Source: a virus
Taxonomy: Duplodnaviria > Caudoviricetes
Direction: 5' to 3' (one strand)
Length of the DNA stretch: 64,000 bases
IMG/VR virus record: IMGVR_UViG_3300023435_000009
Positions 5,752-15,800 of this stretch are shown here, piece after piece. The notes under the pieces were generated by a model. It saw only the letters and a list, made by a program, of their open reading frames with translations, was not told the origin of the DNA and made no database searches. Position numbers and translations under genes: made by a program. The first letter of the stretch is position 1. Every line of letters begins with the position of its first letter.

Positions 5752-5940
5752 ATGGCGCTGACCCTTTATCCTCGACTGGCTCAGGTGATTCGGGACAACC
5801 CGGATCTGGGGAGGTACCGTCGTGGTCTACTTGGGCATTGTTGCCGGGCACCCAACGACCGGGTCCTCCGTGGGAGAATAGAACGCTTCCTGGTGTCCCT
5901 TCCTCGGTACAAAGAGGTTCTGGAGCCTCTACTACACTGA
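5752..5940 (+). CDS. Small hypothetical protein
   Basis: AGGAGG RBS; 62 aa; not GroES-like. Confidence 0.55.
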   Translation: MALTLYPRLAQVIRDNPDLGRYRRGLLGHCCRAPNDRVLRGRIERFLVSLPRYKEVLEPLLH

Positions 5941-5979
5941 CGACCCCTTTGGGGGTAGTGTAGTAGTGAGGAGGGGGGA

Positions 5980-7554
5980 ATGTCCTACATTTTACATGGC
6001 CAAAAGGTGCGGAAGCAATTGCTCTGGGGTGCGTTCAGGTTGGCAGAGGCTGTGGGGGTGACTTACGGCCCCCATGGTAGAAACTGTCTCCTGTCCCGCT
6101 GGGCTGGTGTCCTGTCCACACGGGACGGCGTCACCGTGGCCCACGAGGTCGTGCTGGACAATGCAGTAGAGAACCAGGGCGCAGCCCTCCTGAGGTCTGC
6201 TTGTGTGAAGGTGAACGAGGAAGTCGGGGACGGGACAACCACGACTGCCCTCCTGGCCGCCGAGATTTTGAAACGTGGTCAACAGATGGTTGCTGCTGGG
6301 ATCGATCCTGGTCAGCTTTGCCTGGGGATCAAAGACGCTGCGGATGCCTTGGACAAGGCACTCCAGGACATGTCCACACCCATCAGCACCCCTGAGCAAA
6401 TCACACGGGTAGCGATGCTGGCGTCCAACGGGGACACCGAGGTCGCTGAGGCTCTGTCCGAAGCGACGATGGCCGTGGGACGGGACGGCACCATTGTCAT
6501 TGAGGACGGTCAAAGTACCGACGTCCGTTTTGAGTACCAGGAAGGGATGGAGTTGAACAGGGGGGCCGTCAGCAATGTCTTCCTACGGAACGAGAGGGAA
6601 CGGACGATGACTGGTCCTCTCGTTGCGGTTATCAACCAGGAACTCAGGTCGGTGAGAGACATCCAGGATCTGTTGGAATGTGCCTCCCAGTGGCAACCTC
6701 GGGAACTCCTGATTTTCTCGCTGGGGGTCAGTCATGACGCTTTGGCGATCCTGTCCGTGAATGACTCAAAGGGCACCGTGAAGAACGTCCCCCTCCAATG
6801 TCCTGGTTTCGGACACTGGAAGAGAGAACACCTCCAGGACATTGCAGCCCTGGCTGGAGCTACCCTCGTCACCAGAGAACTAGGGATGAGCCCACAGGAA
6901 TGGAATGCTGACTGGTTCGGAGCTTTCCATCATGTCCGTATCAGGAACAAATCCATCGTTATCACAGCCTACGAAGACAAGCAAGAGGGCCTCCAGGAGT
7001 ACCTTGACACCCTGCGGCTTCAGGTGGAACGATCTCCCTCAGCATTTGACCAGGACAAGATCCGGGAGCGGATGGCAGCACTGTCCGGTGGCCTGGCTGT
7101 CCTGAAGATCGGGGGTGTCACGGAGATAGCAATGAAGGAGCGCCGTGCCCGAGTGGAGGACGCCCTGGCTTCGGTGCGAGCCGCCTTGCAGGGAGGGGTT
7201 GTGCCCGGTGGGGGTGCTGCTCTGCTCCACGCCGCACACCGGGTGCAGTGGCCCCAGAAGGGCTACCCCCATCGGATGGGTTGGGAGATCCTGGGCCAGG
7301 CTGCGGCACGACCCCTTCAGATCCTGGCTGAAAACGCCGGGGAGAAGTCGGGGGCTGTCATCGAGGCAATGACGAGAGAGTGGGCTGACTCAGGGAACCC
7401 CTGGATCGGATGGGACGCCTCCCAGGGGCAGATACGTAACCTGGCTGAGGAGCCGCTTGTGATGGACCCCACCAAGGTTGTGAGGGCCGCTTTGCGGGTG
7501 GCTGTTTCCGTAGCCACCACCATCCTGACGGTTGAGGTAGCCATCACACGGTAG
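5980..7554 (+). CDS. groEL: GroEL-like group I chaperonin
   Basis: TYGPHGRN, DGVTVA, GDGTTT, GGVVPGGG, DPTKVVRAAL motifs; no GGM tail. Confidence 0.93.
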   Translation: MSYILHGQKVRKQLLWGAFRLAEAVGVTYGPHGRNCLLSRWAGVLSTRDGVTVAHEVVLDNAVENQGAALLRSACVKVNEEVGDGTTTTALLAAEILKRGQQMVAAGIDPGQLCLGIKDAADALDKALQDMSTPISTPEQITRVAMLASNGDTEVAEALSEATMAVGRDGTIVIEDGQSTDVRFEYQEGMELNRGAVSNVFLRNERERTMTGPLVAVINQELRSVRDIQDLLECASQWQPRELLIFSLGVSHDALAILSVNDSKGTVKNVPLQCPGFGHWKREHLQDIAALAGATLVTRELGMSPQEWNADWFGAFHHVRIRNKSIVITAYEDKQEGLQEYLDTLRLQVERSPSAFDQDKIRERMAALSGGLAVLKIGGVTEIAMKERRARVEDALASVRAALQGGVVPGGGAALLHAAHRVQWPQKGYPHRMGWEILGQAAARPLQILAENAGEKSGAVIEAMTREWADSGNPWIGWDASQGQIRNLAEEPLVMDPTKVVRAALRVAVSVATTILTVEVAITR

Positions 7555-7573
7555 GATAAACGGACGCCTCCTG

Positions 7574-7601
7574 GGATCATCTCAAGGGGGTCCAGAGTAG
7601 A
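7574..7601 (+). promoter_or_regulatory. Repeated phage promoter-like motif, copy 4
   Basis: GGATCATCTC-N11-GAGTAGA upstream of ORF 7611. Confidence 0.65.
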
Positions 7602-7610
7602 GAGGGTGAG

Positions 7611-8126
7611 GTGATGAAAAATGACAATGACTGCGACTATCCTGATCCTTGTCCTGGCTGTTGTGGGTGCAATGTTCCTGGGAGCAATTCCAGGGTACCT
7701 GATCTGGAGGCTGGGCAAATGGATGATGCGGGAAGCAGCTCGTCCGAAGGTTTGCCCCTGCGGGATGCCAATACAGCACACCTGATTGTCCAGATCACCG
7801 TAGACGAGCACGGCCACGTCAAGTCCCTGCACGATTTCCAAACACCCGAGGATGCTGCAATTTCCCAGAAGTGGGATGGCGGTGGGGTCAGACACATTGC
7901 CCACGCCTTATTGACCGAGGCGGTACGACGAGAGGCTTACGTTTGTGCCTTGCTTGCAATGACCCAGGACAAAGAGTTCCTTCGGGCCTGTAGACACCCT
8001 GAGGCAGTTGATGCCGCTATCGTGAATCTAGCAATGAAAGTCGAGAAGAACTTGGCTGATGTGATCCCGAAGATTTCCCAAGACTCTGTCAGGGAAATCC
8101 TAAAAATGATGCTCCATACACACTAA
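7611..8126 (+). CDS. Hypothetical protein, Cys-rich N-terminus
   Basis: GAGGTG RBS, 171 aa, follows promoter motif. Confidence 0.65.
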   Translation: MMKNDNDCDYPDPCPGCCGCNVPGSNSRVPDLEAGQMDDAGSSSSEGLPLRDANTAHLIVQITVDEHGHVKSLHDFQTPEDAAISQKWDGGGVRHIAHALLTEAVRREAYVCALLAMTQDKEFLRACRHPEAVDAAIVNLAMKVEKNLADVIPKISQDSVREILKMMLHTH

Positions 8127-8160
8127 TCTAACCATAGACTGAGTAGATGAGAGAGGGGGA

Positions 8161-8403
8161 TTGCATTTCATGAGTCTGTTCGACAAGATCCTAGCTCTAC
8201 GACGTCCAAAGATCTGGCAACGGTTCCGAGGACTCCGTGAGCAACCGGCACCTGAGACCGAATCCGTCACGGAGGCATGGCACATGGGCCTCCAGACGGG
8301 CTTCGGTGAGGGTCTGGTGGAGGGTGTAGACCTGGGGATCGATGTGGGCATGGCCTCCCCGGTCGTTGCTCAGACCGATGCTTGCGAGTGGATCGAGAAC
8401 TAG
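8161..8403 (+). CDS. Hypothetical protein
   Basis: G-rich RBS, 80 aa. Confidence 0.55.
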   Translation: MHFMSLFDKILALRRPKIWQRFRGLREQPAPETESVTEAWHMGLQTGFGEGLVEGVDLGIDVGMASPVVAQTDACEWIEN

Positions 8404-8474
8404 ACCCGCCTCTGTCCTCTCGGTGAAGTCCCTATTAGATGCCTTTGTCAGGATTCACCTCAGGAGGGATCCCG

Positions 8475-9302
8475 ATGGACTATGGCGTCAAATTGGCCGA
8501 ACAAGCAATCTTCAGTGGGTGTGGGGGGAGTGCCCTTCAGTACCTTGCTGCTGTCGATCCCGATGTCAACGCTGTCATAGCTGGGATCGCCAAGGAAGCT
8601 ATTGGGTGGGACAAGCTCCCCAAGGGTTGGACCCAGGAGTCAGTCAAGAAGTTCTGGGCCTCACTGACAGGTCAAGCCAAGCACAAGGTCACCAAGTGCA
8701 TGAAGGAAATGAAGGGGAAGTTTGACGACCCCGGAGCCTTCTGTGCCTCACTTGCAGATACAATAGAGGGCACCACTTCGTGGAGAGGGAAGAAAGCCAT
8801 GACAAGTCACACGGGTGCTGGGATTTCGATACGCCAGATCAAGGACAGGGGTCACGCTACTTTCAGCAGCGGCGGCGTTTATGTCCACGTCTGGTTCGAC
8901 AAAATGGACGCAAAAAACGATTTCGGGGGGCGGGGTATTGCAAAGGAATGGCAGATCATCGTGTCGACAAGCCCTGACCCTCTGAACCTCAAACCCCATG
9001 GGCGAGAGTTGGTCCGAGACACGTTCCGGTCCGTTGAGCCTAGAGCAGACGGATCCGTAATCAGGATGGCCGAGGAGTTCATCAAACACTCTCTCTTCAA
9101 GTATCGGAACCGAGTCGGATCGGATCAGGCAACTCACAGGGTGGCCTCACGCTACCTCCAGTCCTTCAACAAGTTCAACGCTCCAGAGGTTCTGGGGGCA
9201 CTGTTCAAGGCCCTGGAGAAGGCTGGGCTAGACGAGACCGCTTCCAAACTGAAAAAGATGGGTGTTTCCCGCCTGGTCAACGACGCCTGGAGGGAGAAGT
9301 AG
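8475..9302 (+). CDS. Hypothetical, probable virion-associated protein
   Basis: AGGAGG RBS before ATG 8475; RVASRYL motif; C..DPGAFCA module shared with 12269-15799. Confidence 0.65.
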   Translation: MDYGVKLAEQAIFSGCGGSALQYLAAVDPDVNAVIAGIAKEAIGWDKLPKGWTQESVKKFWASLTGQAKHKVTKCMKEMKGKFDDPGAFCASLADTIEGTTSWRGKKAMTSHTGAGISIRQIKDRGHATFSSGGVYVHVWFDKMDAKNDFGGRGIAKEWQIIVSTSPDPLNLKPHGRELVRDTFRSVEPRADGSVIRMAEEFIKHSLFKYRNRVGSDQATHRVASRYLQSFNKFNAPEVLGALFKALEKAGLDETASKLKKMGVSRLVNDAWREK

Positions 9303-9303
9303 G

Positions 9304-10572
9304 ATGAACCGAACGGCAGCCGCTGATGTGCATCCGAGAAAGACGCACACTTGTTCCACTGCTTCTGGGCAACTCGGAGTCAATTGGGACAATGTACCGT
9401 TAGGGGAAATGTCCGATGTGCAGTTGGCAAAGAAATTGGGGTGTTCTACTTGGAAGATTCAAAAAAGGCGTTGGCAGGTGGGGACACCCCATTTCAGTCG
9501 AACCCATCAACGAGATCAGATTAATTGGGACAAGCAACCATTAGGGATGCTTTCGGATAAAGAACTAGGGGCCACCCTGGGTGTTTCCTACAACATTGTG
9601 AGTTCGGAACGTAAAAAACGAGGAATAGCAGCCTATAGAACTACCTTTGAACGAGATTGGTATGCCGAACAAATAGGAATACTCCCCGACAAGGATATAG
9701 CTGAATCTTTGGGGGTGACCCTTCGGGTTGTCCAAGCGGCACGTAATCAACGCAAACTCCCAAACCCAACACCCAAACCCTCTCTTAATGTTTGTTGGGA
9801 AAAGCAACCGCTTGGGAAAGTAAGTGATGTTTCTCTTGCCCGCACCCTTGGTACAACTACCTGTATAGTCCGTGCTGCTAGGTTAAAATTAGGGATTCCT
9901 CGAAGAGACCTGATTTGCTTGACCACTGAGGGGGAAAACGTAAATTACCCAGAGGCTGTTATTGACCTCTACTGGCATCATATAGGACAGGAACATCAAG
10001 CACAGGTGACTATTGGTCCATACCGTGTGGATTGGCTATTCCCCAATAACGTGGTAGTTGAGTACGCTGGGTTTGCGGCCCATAAAACACTAGGGACAGT
10101 CTACAAAAAAAAGTTGGAGAAGAAAGCAGCATTTTTGAGAAGTCGGGGATACACCTTCCGTGTGATCTGGCCTGAAGAACTGACTAAGTACCAAACGGAA
10201 ACAGAACCACAGTTTACAGACGCTCATGTTTGTCTTGTTTGTGGGAAACAGGACAGGTTTGCGATTCGGGCCTTGTGTAATAAACACTACAAAGAGTGGC
10301 TCACTACACAGCACAAAAAGCTCCCACTGTCCGAACGGTTACATAAATTACGGCCCCCCCTTTTACGCATTTACAGGGCACTTGTAGAAAGTGGTGGTGC
10401 CGGATGCGTGGATTTCTCTCATCGCCCGACTGTGATCAAGGGGGCTGTGCACCTCCTACCCACAAGGGCTAAGAAACGAACACTAGGGGTGTTGTCAGAG
10501 TATGGGTTGTTAACCGTTGGTCCTGAATCTCAAAACCAGATTCCCTTTGTGGTGTGTCAGGAGACCCCCTAA
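9304..10572 (+). CDS. Putative free-standing homing endonuclease (HTH-like repeats + DUF559/Vsr-like nuclease + Zn finger)
   Basis: Four W..pLG..sD..lA..lG repeats; GPYRVDWLFPNNVVVEY; CLVC..LCNKH; visibly AT-rich. Confidence 0.6.
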   Translation: MNRTAAADVHPRKTHTCSTASGQLGVNWDNVPLGEMSDVQLAKKLGCSTWKIQKRRWQVGTPHFSRTHQRDQINWDKQPLGMLSDKELGATLGVSYNIVSSERKKRGIAAYRTTFERDWYAEQIGILPDKDIAESLGVTLRVVQAARNQRKLPNPTPKPSLNVCWEKQPLGKVSDVSLARTLGTTTCIVRAARLKLGIPRRDLICLTTEGENVNYPEAVIDLYWHHIGQEHQAQVTIGPYRVDWLFPNNVVVEYAGFAAHKTLGTVYKKKLEKKAAFLRSRGYTFRVIWPEELTKYQTETEPQFTDAHVCLVCGKQDRFAIRALCNKHYKEWLTTQHKKLPLSERLHKLRPPLLRIYRALVESGGAGCVDFSHRPTVIKGAVHLLPTRAKKRTLGVLSEYGLLTVGPESQNQIPFVVCQETP

Positions 10573-11669
10573 TGATTGCGAAAACAACCCATGTTAAGAT
10601 TACACCCCAACGACAACCCAATCAGTACTCGTGTACAGCAACGTCTTTGTCAATGGCAATGCAATCTTTGGGAATCCCCGCTTTTGAATGTTCCGTAAAA
10701 CATGTCAACAAAGTTTTGGGGGCAGTACCCTTGCAAGGCGGGTCATGGGATCAGGTAGCAGGTGCAGCATCCCATTTTGGTTGTAGGGTCACACTAGTGA
10801 TTCCTGCCACATTAAATATGGTACGTCAGTGGACGGACCAAGGAATACCAGTACTGATCGGATGGAATACAGGGGCCGAGTGGTCCCATGCCAGTCTGAT
10901 CTTTAGTGTGACTGACACAGATGTTTCCATTGCAGATCCCAACATCAAAAACCCTGATAGGCTAATACGAGTGTTAAGCCACGACGATTTTTATGAGAAA
11001 TGGTGGGAAAAAGCGTCACAAGGTTATCTTATTCGTCGCCCTGCGATGGCCGTCGAGCGGGAGATTTCCCAGGACGGACGCCAGATGGTCGCCTCCCGCA
11101 GGATTCTGACAGGTGCAGGACTGAGTCAGCCCATCCGGGGCCAGACCGAACACATGACAATGCTGGATGAAGTTGCAGACTTCGGGGTAGAGGCCAAACG
11201 CCCACAGCCTGTCAATCCCCGGAAACGGAAGGACAACAAGGTCAGAGGCCCTGGGAACAAGATCAGGAACCCGGTCACACGGGGGCTGATTGAGAAGGGT
11301 CCGAGCGGTGGGCGGCACCAGAACAGGCCCTATGATGAGGCCAAGGGCCGTCAGCGGCGGCAGAAACACCCCAAGCCCTGGGAGCGGGACGCTGCTCTGT
11401 CACAGCCTCTAAGCCTCCGTTCAGACTACGGCACCGGGGACACCCTGGGACGACGCCTGGAGGAAGAGGCTGAAAGGACTGCCACATATGATGGCAACCC
11501 TGATGGGGTTCCCATCTACCCGAACGATATTGACCACGGTGTTGACGCCCCGCTCACCGGGGGTTTCAACGTGATGCAACAGCTACAGAACGACCTGCTC
11601 CACGAGCAAGGTAACGACGAGATGAAAAGGCGGTTGGCCCGTCGCTACTTGTCTGGGAGGATGGAATGA
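10572..11669 (+). CDS. C39-like cysteine peptidase domain with C-terminal extension
   Basis: QPNQYSC, WSHASL, IADP give Gln/Cys/His/Asp in C39 order; C-terminal RLARRYL. Confidence 0.7.
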   Translation: MIAKTTHVKITPQRQPNQYSCTATSLSMAMQSLGIPAFECSVKHVNKVLGAVPLQGGSWDQVAGAASHFGCRVTLVIPATLNMVRQWTDQGIPVLIGWNTGAEWSHASLIFSVTDTDVSIADPNIKNPDRLIRVLSHDDFYEKWWEKASQGYLIRRPAMAVEREISQDGRQMVASRRILTGAGLSQPIRGQTEHMTMLDEVADFGVEAKRPQPVNPRKRKDNKVRGPGNKIRNPVTRGLIEKGPSGGRHQNRPYDEAKGRQRRQKHPKPWERDAALSQPLSLRSDYGTGDTLGRRLEEEAERTATYDGNPDGVPIYPNDIDHGVDAPLTGGFNVMQQLQNDLLHEQGNDEMKRRLARRYLSGRME

Positions 11670-12256
11670 GCCTGAGGAAAGAACTTGTGAAGCTGGCGAG
11701 GAAACACCCCGAGACCCAGAGGCACCTTGTACCGATCCTCAAACAGGCTCGATGGGACCACCGAAGCACACCTCTTCAGGTGATCCAGGCTGTGGGGAAG
11801 GGCATCGGGAAAAAGGGCACCCGAAAAAACGAGCTGGCAATGTCCTTTGAGTTGGATTCCCCCACGATCTCAGACGTAGCGGTGGGTTTTGCCCAAACCA
11901 CCTTCCATGGGGGCGAGTATGCTGCTCTCTCCATCAGTGCCATTACTATGTCCGGGACGAAGCATCTGCAAACCTTCACCTTCCCGGACGGGGTGTTCTT
12001 TCTGGTACACACTAACTCCTGGTGGTTTGTAGACCACCGAGTGAAGGATCCCGGACATAATGATGAGCCTCGTGTCCGCAAAGCAATTGCTGAAACAGTG
12101 GCAGATGTCGTTCAGTTCCTCAAGGGATACATTAGGAAAGCCGAGTCCACTCAGAGCCTGGGGCCTGATGTTCAACTAGCACTGAAACTGAACAAGGCAA
12201 TGAGACTGGGGCTAGATGAAACGTCACTAGCTGCCTTAATTGAAGCAATGAACTAG
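11666..12256 (+). CDS. Hypothetical, probable virion-associated protein
   Basis: ATGA-coupled to the peptidase gene; helical leader ending KQA. Confidence 0.7.
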   Translation: MSLRKELVKLARKHPETQRHLVPILKQARWDHRSTPLQVIQAVGKGIGKKGTRKNELAMSFELDSPTISDVAVGFAQTTFHGGEYAALSISAITMSGTKHLQTFTFPDGVFFLVHTNSWWFVDHRVKDPGHNDEPRVRKAIAETVADVVQFLKGYIRKAESTQSLGPDVQLALKLNKAMRLGLDETSLAALIEAMN

Positions 12257-12268
12257 AGGGTACAAATC

Positions 12269-15200
12269 ATGAGTAAAAAGATGCAACGTTTGGCAGGAAT
12301 TGTTCCGGGTGTGTCTGATGGTACAGGACTGGGTAGATTCTCCCCGGATTGTCCTCTATCCGAAGAGGAGCAACTGGTAGAAGGAACCCGAGGTATACCT
12401 GATGGCACAGGCCCAGGAAAAGGCTCCCCTGAATGTCCTCACGAACGGTTGGCTGGAGGAACCAGAGGTGTGCCTGATGGTACGGGGCCGGGGTGTAACT
12501 CCTCTGACTATCCCCTGTTCGAGGATGAACAACTGGTCGAAGGAATCCAAGGTGTACCCGATGGTACAGGACCGGGAAGGGGTTCTCCCGAATGCCCTCT
12601 AGCCGTGGATGAGAGCAACTTCGAAATGGCGGGAACACTTGAGTTACGTGCGGCCTTCCGTCGTGTCCTTGCATCGACTCCGTCGTGGCCTGGAGCGGAC
12701 AAAATCTACTCCCGTCTTTACAAGGTACTGGAGATGATGGGGCACGCAGAGTGGAAGTCCCAAGTCGCACAGGCCAAAAAGCGGCGTCGGAAGCTCAACC
12801 GCTTCACCCCAACTGGTGACATGCAGGACATCATCGATGCCCTGGACAATGGGGACGAAGAAGAGTTGAAGGCACTCAACTTGGAGCACCTGAGAGCGGC
12901 GTCCCAGAAGGATGTCACTAGACTGGCCTCGATGCAATCCCTGATCAACGTCAACCTCAAAGACGACACGGAGATCACCGGGGACACGAACCCGGTTGGG
13001 GAGTCTACCTCCCTGCTCCCCGGTGACGCCCACGATGAACGTGAGGGCATGTTCGAAAAAGGTGAGCCTGCCGACCCCACCAAAAACATGTCCGAGGCGG
13101 ACAAGAAGAAGTGGGACGAGGAACGCATCAAGCACAAGGACCAGTTCAAGCAGGCCACGGTGTTCCCCGACGAGACGTCCAGGCGGGAATACCTCAGGAA
13201 GCACCCTGATGCTGATCCTCAGATGCATTCGGTGGAGCACACCGTAGTGGAGAAGACCCCCGAGCCCGAGATCAAGAGGAAGCCTGAACCCAAGGGCAAA
13301 ACGTCCTCTATGACGAGGCTCGGTGGCCCCGTCACGGTCATCCCCAACGAGGAGCCAAGCTCTGAGTTGCCTGGAGCCGGGGATGAACCCACGGTCGTCA
13401 TGGACATCGCCGCCTCAGGTCAAGGGGTAAAGAAACAGGTAACACAATGGATGTACGTGATCTCCAGGGACTCTGGCGGTGGGTTCCTGGTTACGTTGGG
13501 TGACCCTCGCAAGACGACTTCTGACATCAAACTCAGGACCACGGACAGGAATGACCTGAAGGACTGGATCCATGACAATGTGGGTCGGAAGATCAGTCCC
13601 AACCATATCATCGATCTGACAAGGCTGCGTCTTGTCCCTGACACTTGGGATGATAACTTCATCGCAAGCCTTCCTGACAATGTGGCCAGAGGTCTAACCG
13701 CCACAGGAGAAACAATCCTGGAGTCCAAGTGGGGCAAAACCATCACCGCTGGCGTCCGTCCCATCCACGAGATCGCCGTGGACATCCGCAGGGACTGGAA
13801 GCCCGTGAACTACGCTGCCAAGCCCCACCTGGACGCCATGTTCCGCCTGGACGACATCACCGACAGCTTCGGGGCGGATTCAGCCCGTCAGATCGTGGCC
13901 TACTTCCTCACCAATGCCTCCTCCTGGCGAGGCCCCAAAGCCAAGGAGATCAAGGCTGAACTGAACAAGATGATCAAGAACAGTCGCCGGGCTGGTAGAT
14001 GGAACGAGCCGGAGGCCCTTCCCAAGTTCTACGGCAAGGAGTACGTACTGGACTCCCTCGTCAGAGTTTCCCAGATGAAAGTGGGGCACATCTATGGGGT
14101 TGAAGAGGGACGAGGGGGGCACCTAGACTTCTTCAAGTTCAGTGGTTTCACGGACAACGACGTCAAGTACGGTGACGGTGGCGTCAAGTACAAGTCCCTA
14201 CGTGACCTGATGCGGGCCAAGGGTGTCCGCAATCTCCGGGCGCTGGAAGCCCTCGAACATAAACCTGAATATGGCCACGGTTTCTACATGTGTGGTGACT
14301 GGGGACCGGGTCAGAAGGGTTGCGACCTTTACATTTTCAACGGGCGCTGGGTGGTTGGATCCGGGGCACAGCCGGTTTCTTTCTGGTCTACTGACCCCGC
14401 TCCCACAGGCCACCAAGCCGGTCGGGACTCCACCCCACGGTACGTGCTGAAGGTGTACCCCGTCACCCGAAGGTACAGCCAAAGCAACAGCATCTGGGAC
14501 TCACGGTCCTACGGAAAGCCCACTCGCAACAACATCGCTCGTTTCGTGAAGAAGCATAACGAGTCCCTTGAACCGGGTGAGCCCAATGAGCAGGTGGGAC
14601 CGCATGGAGCCATCTATGGGGGGGCGATCCTGGACCAGTTCAACGACAACGACATAGTAGCCTTCTGGCAGGACAAAAGGATCATTCGGGAGTACGCACA
14701 ACGGGGCATCCGGGCAGACGAACAACTCGCCCGGTTCGAAGAGGGCGAGTCCGCCGACCCTACTGAGAACATGTCCCCTGAGGATAAGAAGAAATGGGAA
14801 AAGTACCACGGCAAGGTGGACGAACTGGAGGGGAAGGACGCATCGGACGAGCAGGTCGCCCGGTTCGAGGAAGGGAAGCCCGCTGACCCCACCGAGAACA
14901 TGTCCAAGGAGGATAAGGCCCTCTGGGACAAATACCACGGCAAAGTGGACGAACTGGACGGGAAGGCAGCCTCGGACAATCCCTTGGAAGGATACCCTGA
15001 TGGTCAGATCCAGATCAATGACTGGAAGTCATCATCCGTGCAACCTGACGGTTCAGTCCGTGTTAAGGGTGCGGACATCACCTGGACCCGCCTGGGTACC
15101 TGCGGTGAGAAGTACAAGGACGACAAGGGCGACTTCAAGGGTGGGAAGGGTGAAGCCTTCGACAACTGCGTGGCATACCAGAAGGAGTGCGGGAAAGACA

Positions 15201-15799
15201 TCAGGGATCCTAACGCCCTGTGTGCCTGGATTGGACGGGAGCACGGCAAAATCAAAGGTGCAGCCGCTGGGGGCCTCTATGGCTTCACCAAGGGCGTCCA
15301 GTCCGACTGCGAGGGTTGTGTCCGTAAGCTGACCAAGCAAGCGGAGAAGGTAGCGAGGAGGGTTTACGCCAAAGATGAGCGGGTCGCCCCGTTTCTCGTA
15401 ACCCACGCCAAGAAGGCGGACAGCCTCTCGGCCAAGATCCTGGTGGCAGCTCTCGGAAACATCGGGCCGAAGATCGCCAGCGATGAACCCGAGGACCCCC
15501 CCGAGGATGGGAAGACGGCCAAGCGGAAGTACGGCCTGTACGGTCACCTGGCCAAAACCGCCCGCCTCGGACTCAGCGCCTGCACCGATGTGCGGGACGT
15601 CGCCGGACACCTCGTCTCGGACCTTCACAGCCGCCGGTCGGACAGGCACACCAATGTCACGGCCTTCCTGGACAGGCACGCCCAGGAAGGCGACTGCGTG
15701 TATTCCCGGCTGCTACACTCCAGTTACCCTGACCCCGACCGGAAGTCTGCATCGGGGGCACCTGACACTGTGGACGGATGGCTGGCTTGGAGTGAATGA
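12269..15799 (+). CDS. Large modular repeat protein (1176 aa), probable internal virion protein
   Basis: 4x G[IV]PDGTGPG..SP.CP, 3x FE.G..ADPT.NMS, 2x GLYG module; very hydrophilic. Confidence 0.75.
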   Translation: MSKKMQRLAGIVPGVSDGTGLGRFSPDCPLSEEEQLVEGTRGIPDGTGPGKGSPECPHERLAGGTRGVPDGTGPGCNSSDYPLFEDEQLVEGIQGVPDGTGPGRGSPECPLAVDESNFEMAGTLELRAAFRRVLASTPSWPGADKIYSRLYKVLEMMGHAEWKSQVAQAKKRRRKLNRFTPTGDMQDIIDALDNGDEEELKALNLEHLRAASQKDVTRLASMQSLINVNLKDDTEITGDTNPVGESTSLLPGDAHDEREGMFEKGEPADPTKNMSEADKKKWDEERIKHKDQFKQATVFPDETSRREYLRKHPDADPQMHSVEHTVVEKTPEPEIKRKPEPKGKTSSMTRLGGPVTVIPNEEPSSELPGAGDEPTVVMDIAASGQGVKKQVTQWMYVISRDSGGGFLVTLGDPRKTTSDIKLRTTDRNDLKDWIHDNVGRKISPNHIIDLTRLRLVPDTWDDNFIASLPDNVARGLTATGETILESKWGKTITAGVRPIHEIAVDIRRDWKPVNYAAKPHLDAMFRLDDITDSFGADSARQIVAYFLTNASSWRGPKAKEIKAELNKMIKNSRRAGRWNEPEALPKFYGKEYVLDSLVRVSQMKVGHIYGVEEGRGGHLDFFKFSGFTDNDVKYGDGGVKYKSLRDLMRAKGVRNLRALEALEHKPEYGHGFYMCGDWGPGQKGCDLYIFNGRWVVGSGAQPVSFWSTDPAPTGHQAGRDSTPRYVLKVYPVTRRYSQSNSIWDSRSYGKPTRNNIARFVKKHNESLEPGEPNEQVGPHGAIYGGAILDQFNDNDIVAFWQDKRIIREYAQRGIRADEQLARFEEGESADPTENMSPEDKKKWEKYHGKVDELEGKDASDEQVARFEEGKPADPTENMSKEDKALWDKYHGKVDELDGKAASDNPLEGYPDGQIQINDWKSSSVQPDGSVRVKGADITWTRLGTCGEKYKDDKGDFKGGKGEAFDNCVAYQKECGKDIRDPNALCAWIGREHGKIKGAAAGGLYGFTKGVQSDCEGCVRKLTKQAEKVARRVYAKDERVAPFLVTHAKKADSLSAKILVAALGNIGPKIASDEPEDPPEDGKTAKRKYGLYGHLAKTARLGLSACTDVRDVAGHLVSDLHSRRSDRHTNVTAFLDRHAQEGDCVYSRLLHSSYPDPDRKSASGAPDTVDGWLAWSE

Positions 15800-15800
15800 C

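Noticed and set aside
5752-5940. GroES co-chaperonin
   Set aside because: 62 aa, helical/basic, no GroES motifs
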